Source: Fistulifera solaris (taxonomy: Eukaryota). Taken from it: DNA of 64,000 bases. Under the pieces are notes generated by a model. It had not been told where the DNA came from. It saw only the letters and a program-made list of their open reading frames with translations, and did no database searches. Location: positions 248,001-312,000 of the forward strand of contig AP026164.1 of the NCBI GenBank assembly GCA_030295235.1. Reading direction: 5' to 3'. A program made the translations under genes and the position numbers. The stretch's first letter is position 1. Every line of letters begins with the position of its first letter. This document shows positions 49,951 to 61,575 of the stretch, piece after piece.

Positions 49951-50632
49951 CCTTTGTGAATTGCGTGCACGGTGAATTCAATTAGTCTATGTAATCCAAT
50001 ACAAGGTGGCTCAATTTGTTCTCTCGTCAAACAAACATAGACATGGACGATTGTAATCAAGACAATGGTGTCGCAACTTTTCTGGTTTCTACTCCGTTTA
50101 TTTATTGGAAAATGTCCTCGTTGTGGATCCGTCGTTTCGAATTTAAATTCAATATACGTGGATTCAGATTGAACATACGAGTCGCCTTAACGGTGAAAAC
50201 AGTTTCCGTTTAAATACATTTGGTCGTTGATGAGAAACCGCTACCTGGTACTGAGGACTATTACAGTTTGAACTAGATGCAACGGCTGCTACGAACGTCG
50301 AGCCGTCGTCGGTCACCGAGCACCATTGTCGTCAGTCGTCAGTCGTCAATGTCACCAAGTTCTCCGTTGGTTAAAATGGTTTTTAAGTAAAATTTGTGTT
50401 ACGATTTCGTGAACCGTCAAACTAAAGATATAAACTGTACAAAGAAAATCAATGCGTTATTCGCCGTGTCCTTCGACCTCGTCGTAAATCGAAAACAATA
50501 CGAGTGAACACCATGGACCTGTTTTGATTTCGAAACAAAATCGAGCAATTCGCATGGTGTTGCAGGAGACCAAAAAGTTCATTGTCATTTCCACAAAAGA
50601 CAGAAGCTCAATCGCTGACTCGGATTTGCAGA

Positions 50633-52053
50633 ATGCCACCTTCATCCGTTCTCGTGCCGACCCTTCTTGTCTGCTCGATCGTTTGTTGTCTCTACCCAAT
50701 TTTGCTGTCATCCCCTCATCCTACCTTCCATCGAAGTGCAATATCTCGAGAACTGGACTCTTTTGTCACTCAAAAGTTAAACCTTACCGCACTATACCCT
50801 CCTGAAGAACCCCTCCCGAACCCACCGCTCTCTGATGGACACGACACATTTAGCGCATGTTTACTGGTGATGGACGACAATCATCGACTGATCGAGTGGC
50901 TTGCTTACCATTATCATGTGTTACCGCTCCGCTATTTGGTTGTTGCTGTCGATCCAAGAAGCAAAACAACACCAACGAGTATTCTGAATCGCTGGCGTGA
51001 GCAGGGAATGTATATTTTGGAGTGGTCCGATCGAGATTTTTGGAGAGAAAATCGCCATTGCGAGACATTCCGGATGATGCAGAGCTGCAAGTTAAGCGTG
51101 ACCGCCATCGTGGTCGACAAAAGTACTTTTACCGACAATGCTTAATTCATCTGAAAGAAGAGAATCGCACGTGGGTCGCACTTCATGATTCCGACGAATA
51201 CATGGTGTACAACCACGCGGGCGGAGAGAAGTTCCGAGAGTGGGAAGACAAAATGATAGATCGTCATTCAAGAAGCGTTCATAACAAGGAGGTTCGTATT
51301 GAACCATCCGAGACACCACCGACCACAGCCGAAGAAGGAGCTATGATCAAATACATTCGTCAGGAACAAGCGGCCGGTCTCGAGTTTTATCAATCTCCTT
51401 GCATAGGTATACCTCGCCTTACATTCAGCGCCGTGGAAACAAGCACATCCATCACGAAAGGCCTTGCCCCTGAAATAGCATCAACTTTTGATCTTGAGCA
51501 ATTCGACACACTGCGCTGGAGGAAACACGCACCTCGAAATGATTTTGTAAAGAATGCATTGGGCAAAGTCATGATTGATGTGTCTCGCGTCGATATGAAG
51601 AATACTCCCATGTTCAGGAGCTTACATCGTCCTATTCAATCCATCTGCCCTGCACCATGGCACAATGACTGGTCGTCTGGCATTCGAATCAATCACTACT
51701 TAGGGTCTTGGGAGTCATACAGCTTTCGCGACGATGCTCGAAGGGGCTTTGAACGCAGTCGAGAGCAATGGGAATTCAAATCAACTTCGAGCGCCGTACA
51801 AGATGACGATAATGTCACACCCTGGCTGAATGGTTTCGTCGAAAGTCAGGGACTCACGAAAGCTTCCAGTCTACTGCACAATATTGGTCTTCCCAAACAC
51901 TACCGCAATGAAAAGGATCATAGGTGGAATTTACTACCCGACAAGTTGGCCAAAATCATGGAGACGGACGTTACCATTGCCAACGACAACAAAATGGTTG
52001 CGTTTGATGCCTTTGTTCGAGAGAAGTATCGCAACTCATCGCTCCGCAGATAA
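50633..52053 (+). CDS. GT92/DUF23-like type II membrane glycosyltransferase (frameshift ~51040; start uncertain)
   Basis: N-terminal TM, FSACLLVMDDNHRLIEWLAYHY, WVALHDSDEY, GKVMIDVSR, RINHYLGSWE. Confidence 0.78.
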
Positions 52054-52839
52054 GTGCGGCTTTACCTGCTCCTAGGTATGTAGATTCTTTGCGGAGTGGC
52101 AGATAGCCTATTGTAAAAAAACTTAGTTGGTGTGCTCCATAGATCTACTACATTGATTTTTGCTTTGACAAATTGTTCGTTTTTCTTGAAACAGCGTCTG
52201 GACTAGCTCGGTCTCACCAGGTGCCGGTACCTATACCTACGTTTCGAAAGGTGCGACTCTTCCGTTCTGAATAAAACGTCCTTACGAGTAGACACACACG
52301 CGAGTTTTTGCCAAGATATCAGCAACAATGGTACAGCGGTTGATTAATTAGGTGACTTGTTTTAGCATGATTTGCTTTCTACGTCGGAAGTCGGAAATCC
52401 TGTGAAAATCGCTGTCTTCCGTATTCACTATAACCCGAAGTGTAAGCAGCCATTTATCACGACTGCATTCCAGTCATGAATTATCGTGATCTTTTAAAGG
52501 TCCGTTCGTTCAGCTAGGTTGGTAAGCCATAAGCCATAAGTGTTCATAAGTGTTCATATTGCAATACTTACCTTTGGCAGTATTTACAAAACACGCCTCG
52601 CTCCAGTTCACGTCGGAAATCGTCACATTGACTAATCAATGTGGTAAAGCCTGCTTCATACGAAACCTATACCCTTAAATCAAAAGTGAAAGAAAAGATC
52701 TTCGCGAATAGTGATGATTCGCACTTCGTGAAGTCATTATTGTATCATCATCCTGGTCAAAAGCATTTGATTCTATCATCGTCTTACAAAATAGCCTTTA
52801 CTCGTTTACCTAATTTGGTCATCGGCAGCTCCTTCTCCC

Positions 52840-55800
52840 ATGTCAGCAAAGGCAGTGCGCGAATATCACGGCAAAAAGCTAATTGCTCGTCATGTCGCTG
52901 CTCTCTCAGAGCATCGCATAGATGATCGTTCCGTATTAATCACTCCAGATACGGATCTTCGAAGCCCTCCGGAACCATGGTTAACTGAGACGAAACTGGT
53001 CGTTAAACCGGATCAGTTGATTAAGAGACGCGGAAAAGCTGGTCTCGTTGGTATCAATTTAGATTGGCCCAGTGTTGTGCAGTGGATTTCCGAAAGCATG
53101 GGCAAGGAGCAACAAGTGGAACAGGTCGTTGGTGTGCTAGATCATTTCATTGTGGAACCCTGTGTTCCTCACCAACAAGAAGATGAGTATTACTTGTGTA
53201 TTCACAGCAATCGAGAAGGTGAAGAAATACTTTTCACGGCGGAAGGAGGTGTTGATGTTGGAGACGTCGATGCAAAGGCGCAACGGCTCTTGGTGCCCAT
53301 CGATGACAAGAGTTTTTCTGTCGAGCGGATTGTTCCTATTCTAAACGGAGTCCCTGAAGCTCGTGTGGGAAAAGTGGCTTCTTTTCTATTGACCCTACTG
53401 AATGTCTACCGGAAGCTAAACTTTGTCTACATGGAGATCAATCCTTTGGTTTATAAGAGCGACGGAAGAATCGCCCCGCTCGACTTGGCAGCTAAACTAG
53501 ACGAGACTGCAGCTTTTTTGAATGCTACCGATTGGGGACACCTAGATTTCCCTGCCCCTTTTGGACGCATTGATTATCCAGAAGAGTCGTACATTCGTGA
53601 GCTTGATTCGAAAACTGGTGCTTCCTTGAAGTTGACGATCTTGAATCCGAATGGAAGAATTTGGACGATGGTCGCTGGTGGCGGTGCCAGTGTAGTGTAT
53701 GCGGATACGATTTCAGATTTGGGGTACGGTAATGAGGTAAGACATTCAAATAGCTGTGGCTCTCCGTTGAAGAATTGCATCTGTTCTTACGCTTTCCGAA
53801 ACAGATTGCCAACTATGGCGAATACTCGGGAGCTCCCAGTACAGATCATACCTATGAGTACGCAAAGACGTTAATCGGCTTGATGACAAAGGAAAAAAGA
53901 TCCTAGGGGTAAAATTTTTCTCATTGGCGGTGGAATAGCGAACTTCACCGATGTAGCCGCTACATTTACTGGACTAATCAAAGCGATCCACGCATTCCAA
54001 GAAGAATTAAAACTGCACAACATACAGATCTGGGTTCGTCGCGCGGGTCCCAACTACCAAGAGGGTCTCCAGCTTATGAGAACGTGTGGAAAGGAGACTG
54101 ATCTGCCTATTCACATCTACGGACCAGAAACGCATGTGACTGCTATTGTTCCCCTTGCTCTTGGTTTGGAAAAGGTAGAGAACTTCCCAGAATTTGACGA
54201 TCCCAGCCATCTAGGCGCCAATCGAAAAAGAGAAACCAACGAAGAAAATCCTAAAAAGAAACAGAAACGCCCCGATTATGTTGGTCAAGTTGCAGATCAT
54301 GAAGCCGACCACAAGGTGGAGAATTTCACTGCCATGACGAGATGCGTGGTGTACGGTCTACAAAATCGAGCTGTGCAAGGTATGCTCGATTTTGACTTCA
54401 TGTGCAAAAGAGCGAAACCTTCTGTGGCGGCAATGATTTTCCCTTTGCAGCCAATCATTTCGTGAAATTCTACTGGGGTACAGACGAGATTTTAATGCCT
54501 GTCTACCAGAGTACAGAGGAAGCTTTAAGCAAACACAAAGAGGTCACAGTAGTCGTGAACTTTGCATCGTTTCGATCGGTTTATGATTCTGTTATGGAGA
54601 TTCTCGAATACTCAGACCAGATTAAAACAATTGCGATCATTGCAGAAGGTGTTCCAGAATCGCAGACTCGCGCGTTCATCAAAGTTGCGAGTGAGAAAAA
54701 TGTAGGGATCATTGGACCAGCAACTGTTGGTGGAATAAAGCCTGGCTGTTTCCGAATTGGTAATACAGGTGGGATGCTTGATAACATAGTCATGTCGAAG
54801 CTCTACAGACCTGGCTCCGTTGCGTATGTGTCTCGGTCGGGAGGTTTATCAAACGAGTTGAATAATCTCATTTGCCGAAATTCAGATGGTGTGTATGAGG
54901 GTGTCGCAATAGGAGGAGACCGATATCCAGGATCTCGTTTCATCGATCATCTCCTTCGCTATAACGACAATCCCAACGTACACATTCTTGTTCTATTAGG
55001 AGAGGTTGGTGGCGTCGATGAATACCAAGTTTGTGAGGCGTTGAAAGAAGGTCGAATCTCAAAGCCAATGGTGGCATGGTGCATTGGCACGTGCGCGTCG
55101 ATTTTTCCCTTCGAAGTTCAGTTCGGGCATGCAGGCGCATTAGCCCACGGAAACCTTGAGACCGCGCGTGCCAAGAACCAGGCCCTGAAGGAAGCTGGGG
55201 CTCATGTTCCTGAAAATTTCTTTGAATTTGGAAACACCCTAAAGCAGCTATACCAATCGCTCGTCGATGCCGGGACACTGGTACCACGGCCCGAGCCGGA
55301 GCCTCCAAAGATTCCTATGGACTATTCATGGGCGAAACGTTTGGGCCTTGTTCGAAAGCCCGCTCAATTCATTTCGTCTATTTCTGACGACAGAGGTGAA
55401 GAGCTTACCTATAGTGGAATGCCAATTAGCGAAATTTTTGAAAAAGATCTTGGTATCGGTGGGGTTTTGTCGCTCTTGTGGTTTCGCCGACAGCTTCCCC
55501 CTTACGCCACAAAGTTTATTGAGATGATATTGATGATCACGGCCGATCATGGCCCGGCTGTATCGGGAGCACATAACACAATAGTTGCGACTCGTGCCGG
55601 TAAGGACCTAGTGTCGTCCCTTGCGAGTGGTCTACTGACAATTGGGCCTCGTTTTGGTGGGGCACTAGATGATGCAGCAATAATGTTTACCGAAGCAAGC
55701 GATGCTGGGCTTGATGCAGAGCAGTTTGTGAAAGATATGCGAAAACAAAACAAGCTAGTTATGGGAATAGGCCACAGAATCAAATCACTGACTAATCCGG

Positions 55801-56207
55801 ACAAGCGTGTCGAAATCATCAAGAAGTATGCACTGGAGAACTTTTCGGGCAATACTGTACTGGAGGTAAGCTACTTTTTTTTTCTCGGTCTTCACACGTG
55901 CGATTGACTCAACTCTTTGTAGTTTGCCCTTGCGGTGGAACAAGTGACAACGAAGAAGAAAGCAAATCTAATCCTGAACGTAGATGGCTGTATCGCGGTC
56001 TGCTTCGTCGATATGCTGCGTACGTGTGGCGCGTTCTCCAATCAAGAGGCTGACGAAATAATTAAAAATGGGAGTTTAAACGGTCTTTTCGTGTTGGGCC
56101 GATCGATGGGATTCATCGGTCATTTCCTGGATCAGCGAAGACTGAAACAGGGACTCTATCGGCATCCTTGGGATGACATCAGTTACCTCGATGCGACTGA
56201 CGTCTAA
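52840..56207 (+). CDS. ACLY: ATP-citrate lyase, single polypeptide; introns 53737-53804 and 55866-55922; frameshifts ~53895 and ~54445
   Basis: [91 protein letters not shown]. Confidence 0.96.
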
Positions 56208-56414
56208 TTACTTGTATCAATAAACGATGCATAACCGCAAATTATTCGACTAGAACTTGGACAGGTGCGCTTTCGCGCTAAACACCTACCAGCTGTCTGC
56301 TACTTCAAGCTAACGTAACGAATGACCTGTCTAGTTTCAAGTTGAATCGCCATGCTACTATGACAGAAGTGAGAATGTCTGATCTCGAAAGATTAATCAT
56401 ATCTGAAAACAAAC

Positions 56415-57092
56415 TCAAGCGCTTAAGATCTTAATGACCGCTTCCGCGCACGCATCACTTGACTGAGGATTCTGGCCCGTCACCAAGTTTCCATCGGCAC
56501 ACGCCTTCGATTGCCAGTCCTCCGTCTTTTCATACTTTGCTCCAAGTTCCTTGAATCGCGTTTCCAGCAAGAAGGGGACAATATCTTGCAGCTGTACCGC
56601 GAACTCTTCTGAATCGGCAAAACCTGTCACAACTTTGTCTTGCACGAGCGGTGTACCATCGGGCTTGTTGCATTGCGCGAGACCGATCGGACCATGGCAG
56701 TCTGCTGCCACAACCTTACCTGCTGCGTATACCGTTTCAATTGCCTGTTTGAGGGAAGGGTTATCGATAAAGTCAACACAAGTACCGTGTCCTCCAGCCA
56801 GATAGATAGCATCGACGGTTTGCCAGTCAATGTCGTCGAGTTTCTTGGTGTGACTAAGTGCGCCGACAGCGGCCGCATCGTGCATGAACTTCTTGCTAGC
56901 ATCCGTAAAGAACCCTTCCCCTAGACTGTTTTGGTCGATGGGAACGGCCCCGCCCGCTGGAGAAGCCAAGATAACTTCGTAGCCTTGTTCGAGAAAGGCG
57001 TAATAGGGGGAGGCGCATTCCTCCAACCACAAGCCAGTAGGATGACCTTTTAGTTCCGATGCGCTAGTGCAAATTAGGACGACTTTCACCAT
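56415..57092 (-). CDS. DJ-1/PfpI (Hsp31-like glyoxalase III) protein, copy 1
   Basis: TGLWLEE, ASPAGG, AGGHG, DCHGP, VTGQNPQSS. Confidence 0.93.
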   Translation of the reverse strand: MVKVVLICTSASELKGHPTGLWLEECASPYYAFLEQGYEVILASPAGGAVPIDQNSLGEGFFTDASKKFMHDAAAVGALSHTKKLDDIDWQTVDAIYLAGGHGTCVDFIDNPSLKQAIETVYAAGKVVAADCHGPIGLAQCNKPDGTPLVQDKVVTGFADSEEFAVQLQDIVPFLLETRFKELGAKYEKTEDWQSKACADGNLVTGQNPQSSDACAEAVIKILSA

Positions 57093-57501
57093 TCTTACGT
57101 TGTAGAAGTATCAATCAGTTTACGATTCAATAGTGAGCCTGTAAAGCTTATTTCATTATCATCTTTCGTCTTGCCTGTCGGTGACGAAAGAAAACGTCAT
57201 GTGGCATCAAAAAAGAAATCTTTCGCACGCGATAAAAAGATCCGATAACCTTAGTCTTAGTCTACGAATAACTCGGTCGTCATGCCCATCAGACTAGAAA
57301 TTTCTTTGCTCGAGAAAGGTTGCTTTCTAAAACAAGAACGAGCTTGTGGTACAGAACTCGTGATAAGTTCCTAGAGAAACGATTATAAATTGAAAACCTT
57401 CTAATTTTATAAAACAATTATTTCGGGCCGCATGTCGCAGTCCAAGAGGCGCCTTCCAACAACTTACAAAAGCGGTTAACGCTCTAGCATTACTCCACGA
57501 C

Positions 57502-57912
57502 TTAATGCCCAAATCCGAAGCCACGATCGGGCCAGTGGCGTTGCTCCTCGTCATCTGTCGGCTCACCCTTCATGCTTCTACTTTTCTTGCTTTTCGGAGA
57601 TGTCTCATAGTCACCACCCTCACCGCCTTTGCCTCCTTTTCCGCCCTTTCCACCTTTCTTCGAGGGTGGAACCGGAACATCATCGTCGTCGTCGTGATGA
57701 CCAAAATCTATGCCGTGATCGTCGTGGAAGATACCGAGAAATTTCAGTTGGCGACGACGGCGATGATGATGTTCCGCATCCACTTGAAGGTGTGTTCGTA
57801 ATTTTCTCCTCTTCACATGTCGCACTTGCGGAGATGAATCGGCGGCTTCATCAGATGCTTGCGAAATCGCAATAAGCAGACCAAAAAGGATGAAAGGGAA
57901 GAAAGCTTTCAT
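57502..57912 (-). CDS. Small secreted silaffin-like protein (RxL sites, KxxK cluster)
   Basis: Signal peptide; RRKL, RRQL; SKKGGKGGKGGK; KSKK; His/Asp patches. Confidence 0.7.
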   Translation of the reverse strand: MKAFFPFILFGLLIAISQASDEAADSSPQVRHVKRRKLRTHLQVDAEHHHRRRRQLKFLGIFHDDHGIDFGHHDDDDDVPVPPSKKGGKGGKGGKGGEGGDYETSPKSKKSRSMKGEPTDDEEQRHWPDRGFGFGH

Positions 57913-58693
57913 GTTACTAGCTCAGGCTTTGAGTTTTTTATGCAATCGTGAAACTCTACCGAAAGAGAGTTCGCTTGACGCGACGACAGTAATGACCGTG
58001 CCTAAAAGATTCGGATATGTGCTATCGTGTTTCTTAACACCATTTTTTTCTTGTGCAAACATTATAGATGCATTTTGTCGTTGTTTGATTTTTGATGATT
58101 GTGCGTCGAGAAAAATGTGCCCATCGTCACAAATTTCTTGACAAAAATTCTTTTGATAGGAGGTCAACGGACAAATACATTGGACACCACAATACGACGC
58201 TGTGTGAGATCTCAGCTATACCGTTTAGTGTGACGCTGCCAACATCATGCGACATGCGACTGAAACTCGTCAGTCCCGGAAAACAGCCAAGTCAATGGTC
58301 AATGCGATCATACCGCGACTGAACCACATTGTAGTCCCGGTCCCTCTCCTGGTCGACTATGAACTTCAGCTCGAAAAAAATTGAGAATGAAGTCGTACGT
58401 CGTACCTGGTACGCAAATGCAGATCCAAAAAGAAAGAAAAAGGCAAACTTTACGGCTAGAAAGGTCTCACGATTACCGCCTTGGATAAATTCTTAATCTA
58501 GAGACCTGGTCCTTTTTTAAAAGGTTACTGGTATTGATGTTTGAATACTTTGTATATGTATAATTAGTTATGACGAAACTCTTAGCAGAAACAAACGACA
58601 AAACATGCCTCCCAAAAGTATAATGCCGGAAAGTCAATATCCTCCTCATCTCCATGAGGGACTGTCACGATCATTCTATCATTCCAATGTGTT

Positions 58694-59371
58694 CTAGTGG
58701 CTCAGGATATCGATGACAGCAGCTGCACAAGCCGAAGAGCTTTGAGGGTTTTGTCCAGTCACGATATTATTGTCAGTACACGCTCGGGAATGGAAATCCT
58801 CCGCTTTCTCAAACTTTGCTCCGAGTTCTTTAAAGCGACTTTCGATCAAGAAAGGAACAGCATCTTGCAACTGCATAGCATATTCCTCAGAGTCCGAGTA
58901 TGCGGTCACCAATTTGCCTTGCACTAAAGGTGTTCCGTCGGACTTTTTGCACTGCGCGAACGCAATAGGACCGTGGCAATCCGCTGCAACGACTTTATCC
59001 GCCGCATAAACGGTTTCGATTGCGCTCTTTAACGTGGGGTTATCCGCAAAGTCCACACAAGCGCCATGCCCCCCAGCTAAATAAAGTGCATCAACAGATT
59101 TCCAATCGATGTCATCGAGTTTCTTGGTGTGACAAAGGGCGGCGACAGCGGCTGCATCGTGCATGAACTTTTTACAAGCGTCCGTGAAATATTCATCGCC
59201 CAAGCTGTTTTCATCGATAGGGACGGCCCCTCCAGCTGGAGAGGCTAAAATGACTTCGTACCCCTTTTCGAGGAAGGCATAATAAGGAGTGGCGCATTCT
59301 TCCAACCACAAGCCGGTTGGATGCCCGTTCAATTCCGATGCACTCGTGCAAACCAAAACCACCCTCACCAT
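58694..59371 (-). CDS. DJ-1/PfpI (Hsp31-like glyoxalase III) protein, copy 2
   Basis: Same motifs and length (225 aa from MVRVV) as copy 1. Confidence 0.93.
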   Translation of the reverse strand: MVRVVLVCTSASELNGHPTGLWLEECATPYYAFLEKGYEVILASPAGGAVPIDENSLGDEYFTDACKKFMHDAAAVAALCHTKKLDDIDWKSVDALYLAGGHGACVDFADNPTLKSAIETVYAADKVVAADCHGPIAFAQCKKSDGTPLVQGKLVTAYSDSEEYAMQLQDAVPFLIESRFKELGAKFEKAEDFHSRACTDNNIVTGQNPQSSSACAAAVIDILSH

Positions 59372-59968
59372 CTTATAATTTTTCAACCCTCGAAGACTTT
59401 TAATACGGAGTATAATGCCAGCGATTGCGTGAGGTGAATTGTGTTGAATGATGCGTCAAGTAAAATCGTGCATGTTCTCATCGAAAGTTTTGAGAAACGT
59501 CACCATTGATCAAATTCGCTTCTCAAATCGAATCGAACTTTTTTATACGAAAAGTAAAACTTTTATCGCCAAAAATTAGCTATTGCACATCAGTTTCACA
59601 CCCAGTGTACTGGTCCGAAAGGTGATCCTTCCGTTTACGGAAGAGAACCGCCGTACTTCACACATGGGAATGATATTGCGAACACGAAGTGAGCAACAGA
59701 TATGAACGAATCATCAAGAAGTGCCCGCTCGCTAAATGCTGATGAGAGTTCAATCATGAAAAGAGTTTCATGCATCGCCCATTTCCAGAAGATAAATCGA
59801 ATTTACTGTGAATGAATGAAGTGTTTCTTTCAGAGGCTAAGCGCGATCGATCAGACTCGAATCGCGCTTTATCGATAATACTTGTCGTCATCGCAAACGT
59901 TGCGAACAACAAACGCCGTAATAATGACAATGAAGACAGCTGGGTCGAAATTGATGCTCAGCGACGAA

Positions 59969-61266
59969 TTATGCGTTCTGCAATACCGATGATATTTTTT
60001 CTGACAGTTCATTTCTCACTGAGGCAAAAGTGTCGCTCATGGTAGCATCATCCGTGAGTCCACTCAACATGAGTAGATCGCGCATGGCAAGATCAACAAC
60101 ATGAGACCGACCGTCTTTACTGGCTTTGTACCCGCTATAACACTGGTAATATTTCGGATCCGCTAAATCGACATCCTCGGTCACAATCCACATCCAATGT
60201 TCCATTCCCCAACTGAGGTACACGGGCAGTAGATGTTTCTCACGCAAGCATGCATAAAACAGGATGATGTGCTCACGAACGAATTCGAAATCCATCATCA
60301 TCAAAATCGACCCTTTGGTCAAGGGACCGAGCCCAGCAAGTTGCTGTTGGAGATGTTGATTGTTCTTTGCACTATCAATCGAAATGAGAGCCACGGGACG
60401 ATGGCCTAGTGCCTCCGGATTGAGTGACTCCTTACTGATAAAGCCTTGATGCGAAACGACTGCCGGATACGTCGGCTTGACGCCGTATTCCCAGAGGAAA
60501 TGGAAGTTATCATTTTGTTGTGTAAATTCCGGATGTTCGTTTTTCAGCCACGGATGCATTCTTTGTATAGCTTTAAAATTCATCAAGCCGCTAAAGGTAT
60601 CGTAGACAAATAAAGTCTTGTCTTTGACTCCATTTTTGCGCATTCCGACCGCAATGCATTTCGTTGATAAACCCAAAAATGGTCCTAATTCCACTACAAC
60701 ATTTTTGGGATCTTGTGTAGCGGCGAAACCAGCGAGAGTGAGAGGGATACAAGCCATATTCGTGCCAAGACCACTGTGTTGTCTTCCATTGGGATAATGC
60801 GTCAGATTATATATATTCATTTGCGGATCATCCTCCCACAACACAATGGGAATTTCGTGTGCTGTATGGTCGGAATGTTGGGTGTAATGAGCATGACCTC
60901 CAAAACACATCTTGTCATTGCTGTGGCGAATACACGCCTTTCTCCGTTGTACTTCGGCAGATGGTGACGTGTGTAAGTATTGCCGCAATAGTTGGATAAG
61001 AATAGCAGCGGGGTTTGTGGATTTCGATACACGAAATCATTCAGCTCCTTCAAAGACGTTGCAGGCGATTGCTCGGATATAACAGAATCGAGTGTATTAT
61101 TTAAAGCGGGAAGAAAGTCGAGGTCTACCAAAATCTGCGGTGTACTCATCCACAGATACCTGGTTTTGATCAAAAGACGACGTCGACGATCAAGATGGAA
61201 ATGAAAATGACACGGATAAAAAAGAAAAAAAGTCCCTCGCAGAGAGCACACACTAGCTCGCGTCAT
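59969..61266 (-). CDS. Class I SAM-dependent methyltransferase (Methyltransf_24-like) with a probable N-terminal TM; frameshifts ~61225 and ~60990
   Basis: VVELGPFLGLST, VYDTF, LISIDSAK, GSILMMMDF. Confidence 0.72.
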
Positions 61267-61575
61267 CCTTTTTTAATCAATTCCGCGCCAATTCTCCCCC
61301 GCCTTTTAAAGAATAACCAACCCCGGAACCTCACAAAACAAATATAGCAAGTAAATCGGTGAGGATGCGATTAACACAACGAAATGCCGTCCAATATAAT
61401 ACGGGGTAACTGCAGCACTTGGATCAAAGAACGTCGCAACAATCCGTGTGTTTTAACCGGTACTCACTTAGAACGTGAATGAGGTTAATCGTGCTACATC
61501 GGGCGATTTTCTTTTAAGAAGTGAAACATTTTTGCGTTTTCCATCATTTATAACACTTCGGGGATACGAATAACG

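Noticed and set aside
52523..52560. Short tandem duplications (AAGCCAT x2, AAGTGTTCAT x2)
   Set aside because: Ordinary slippage; no transposon ends or function evident.
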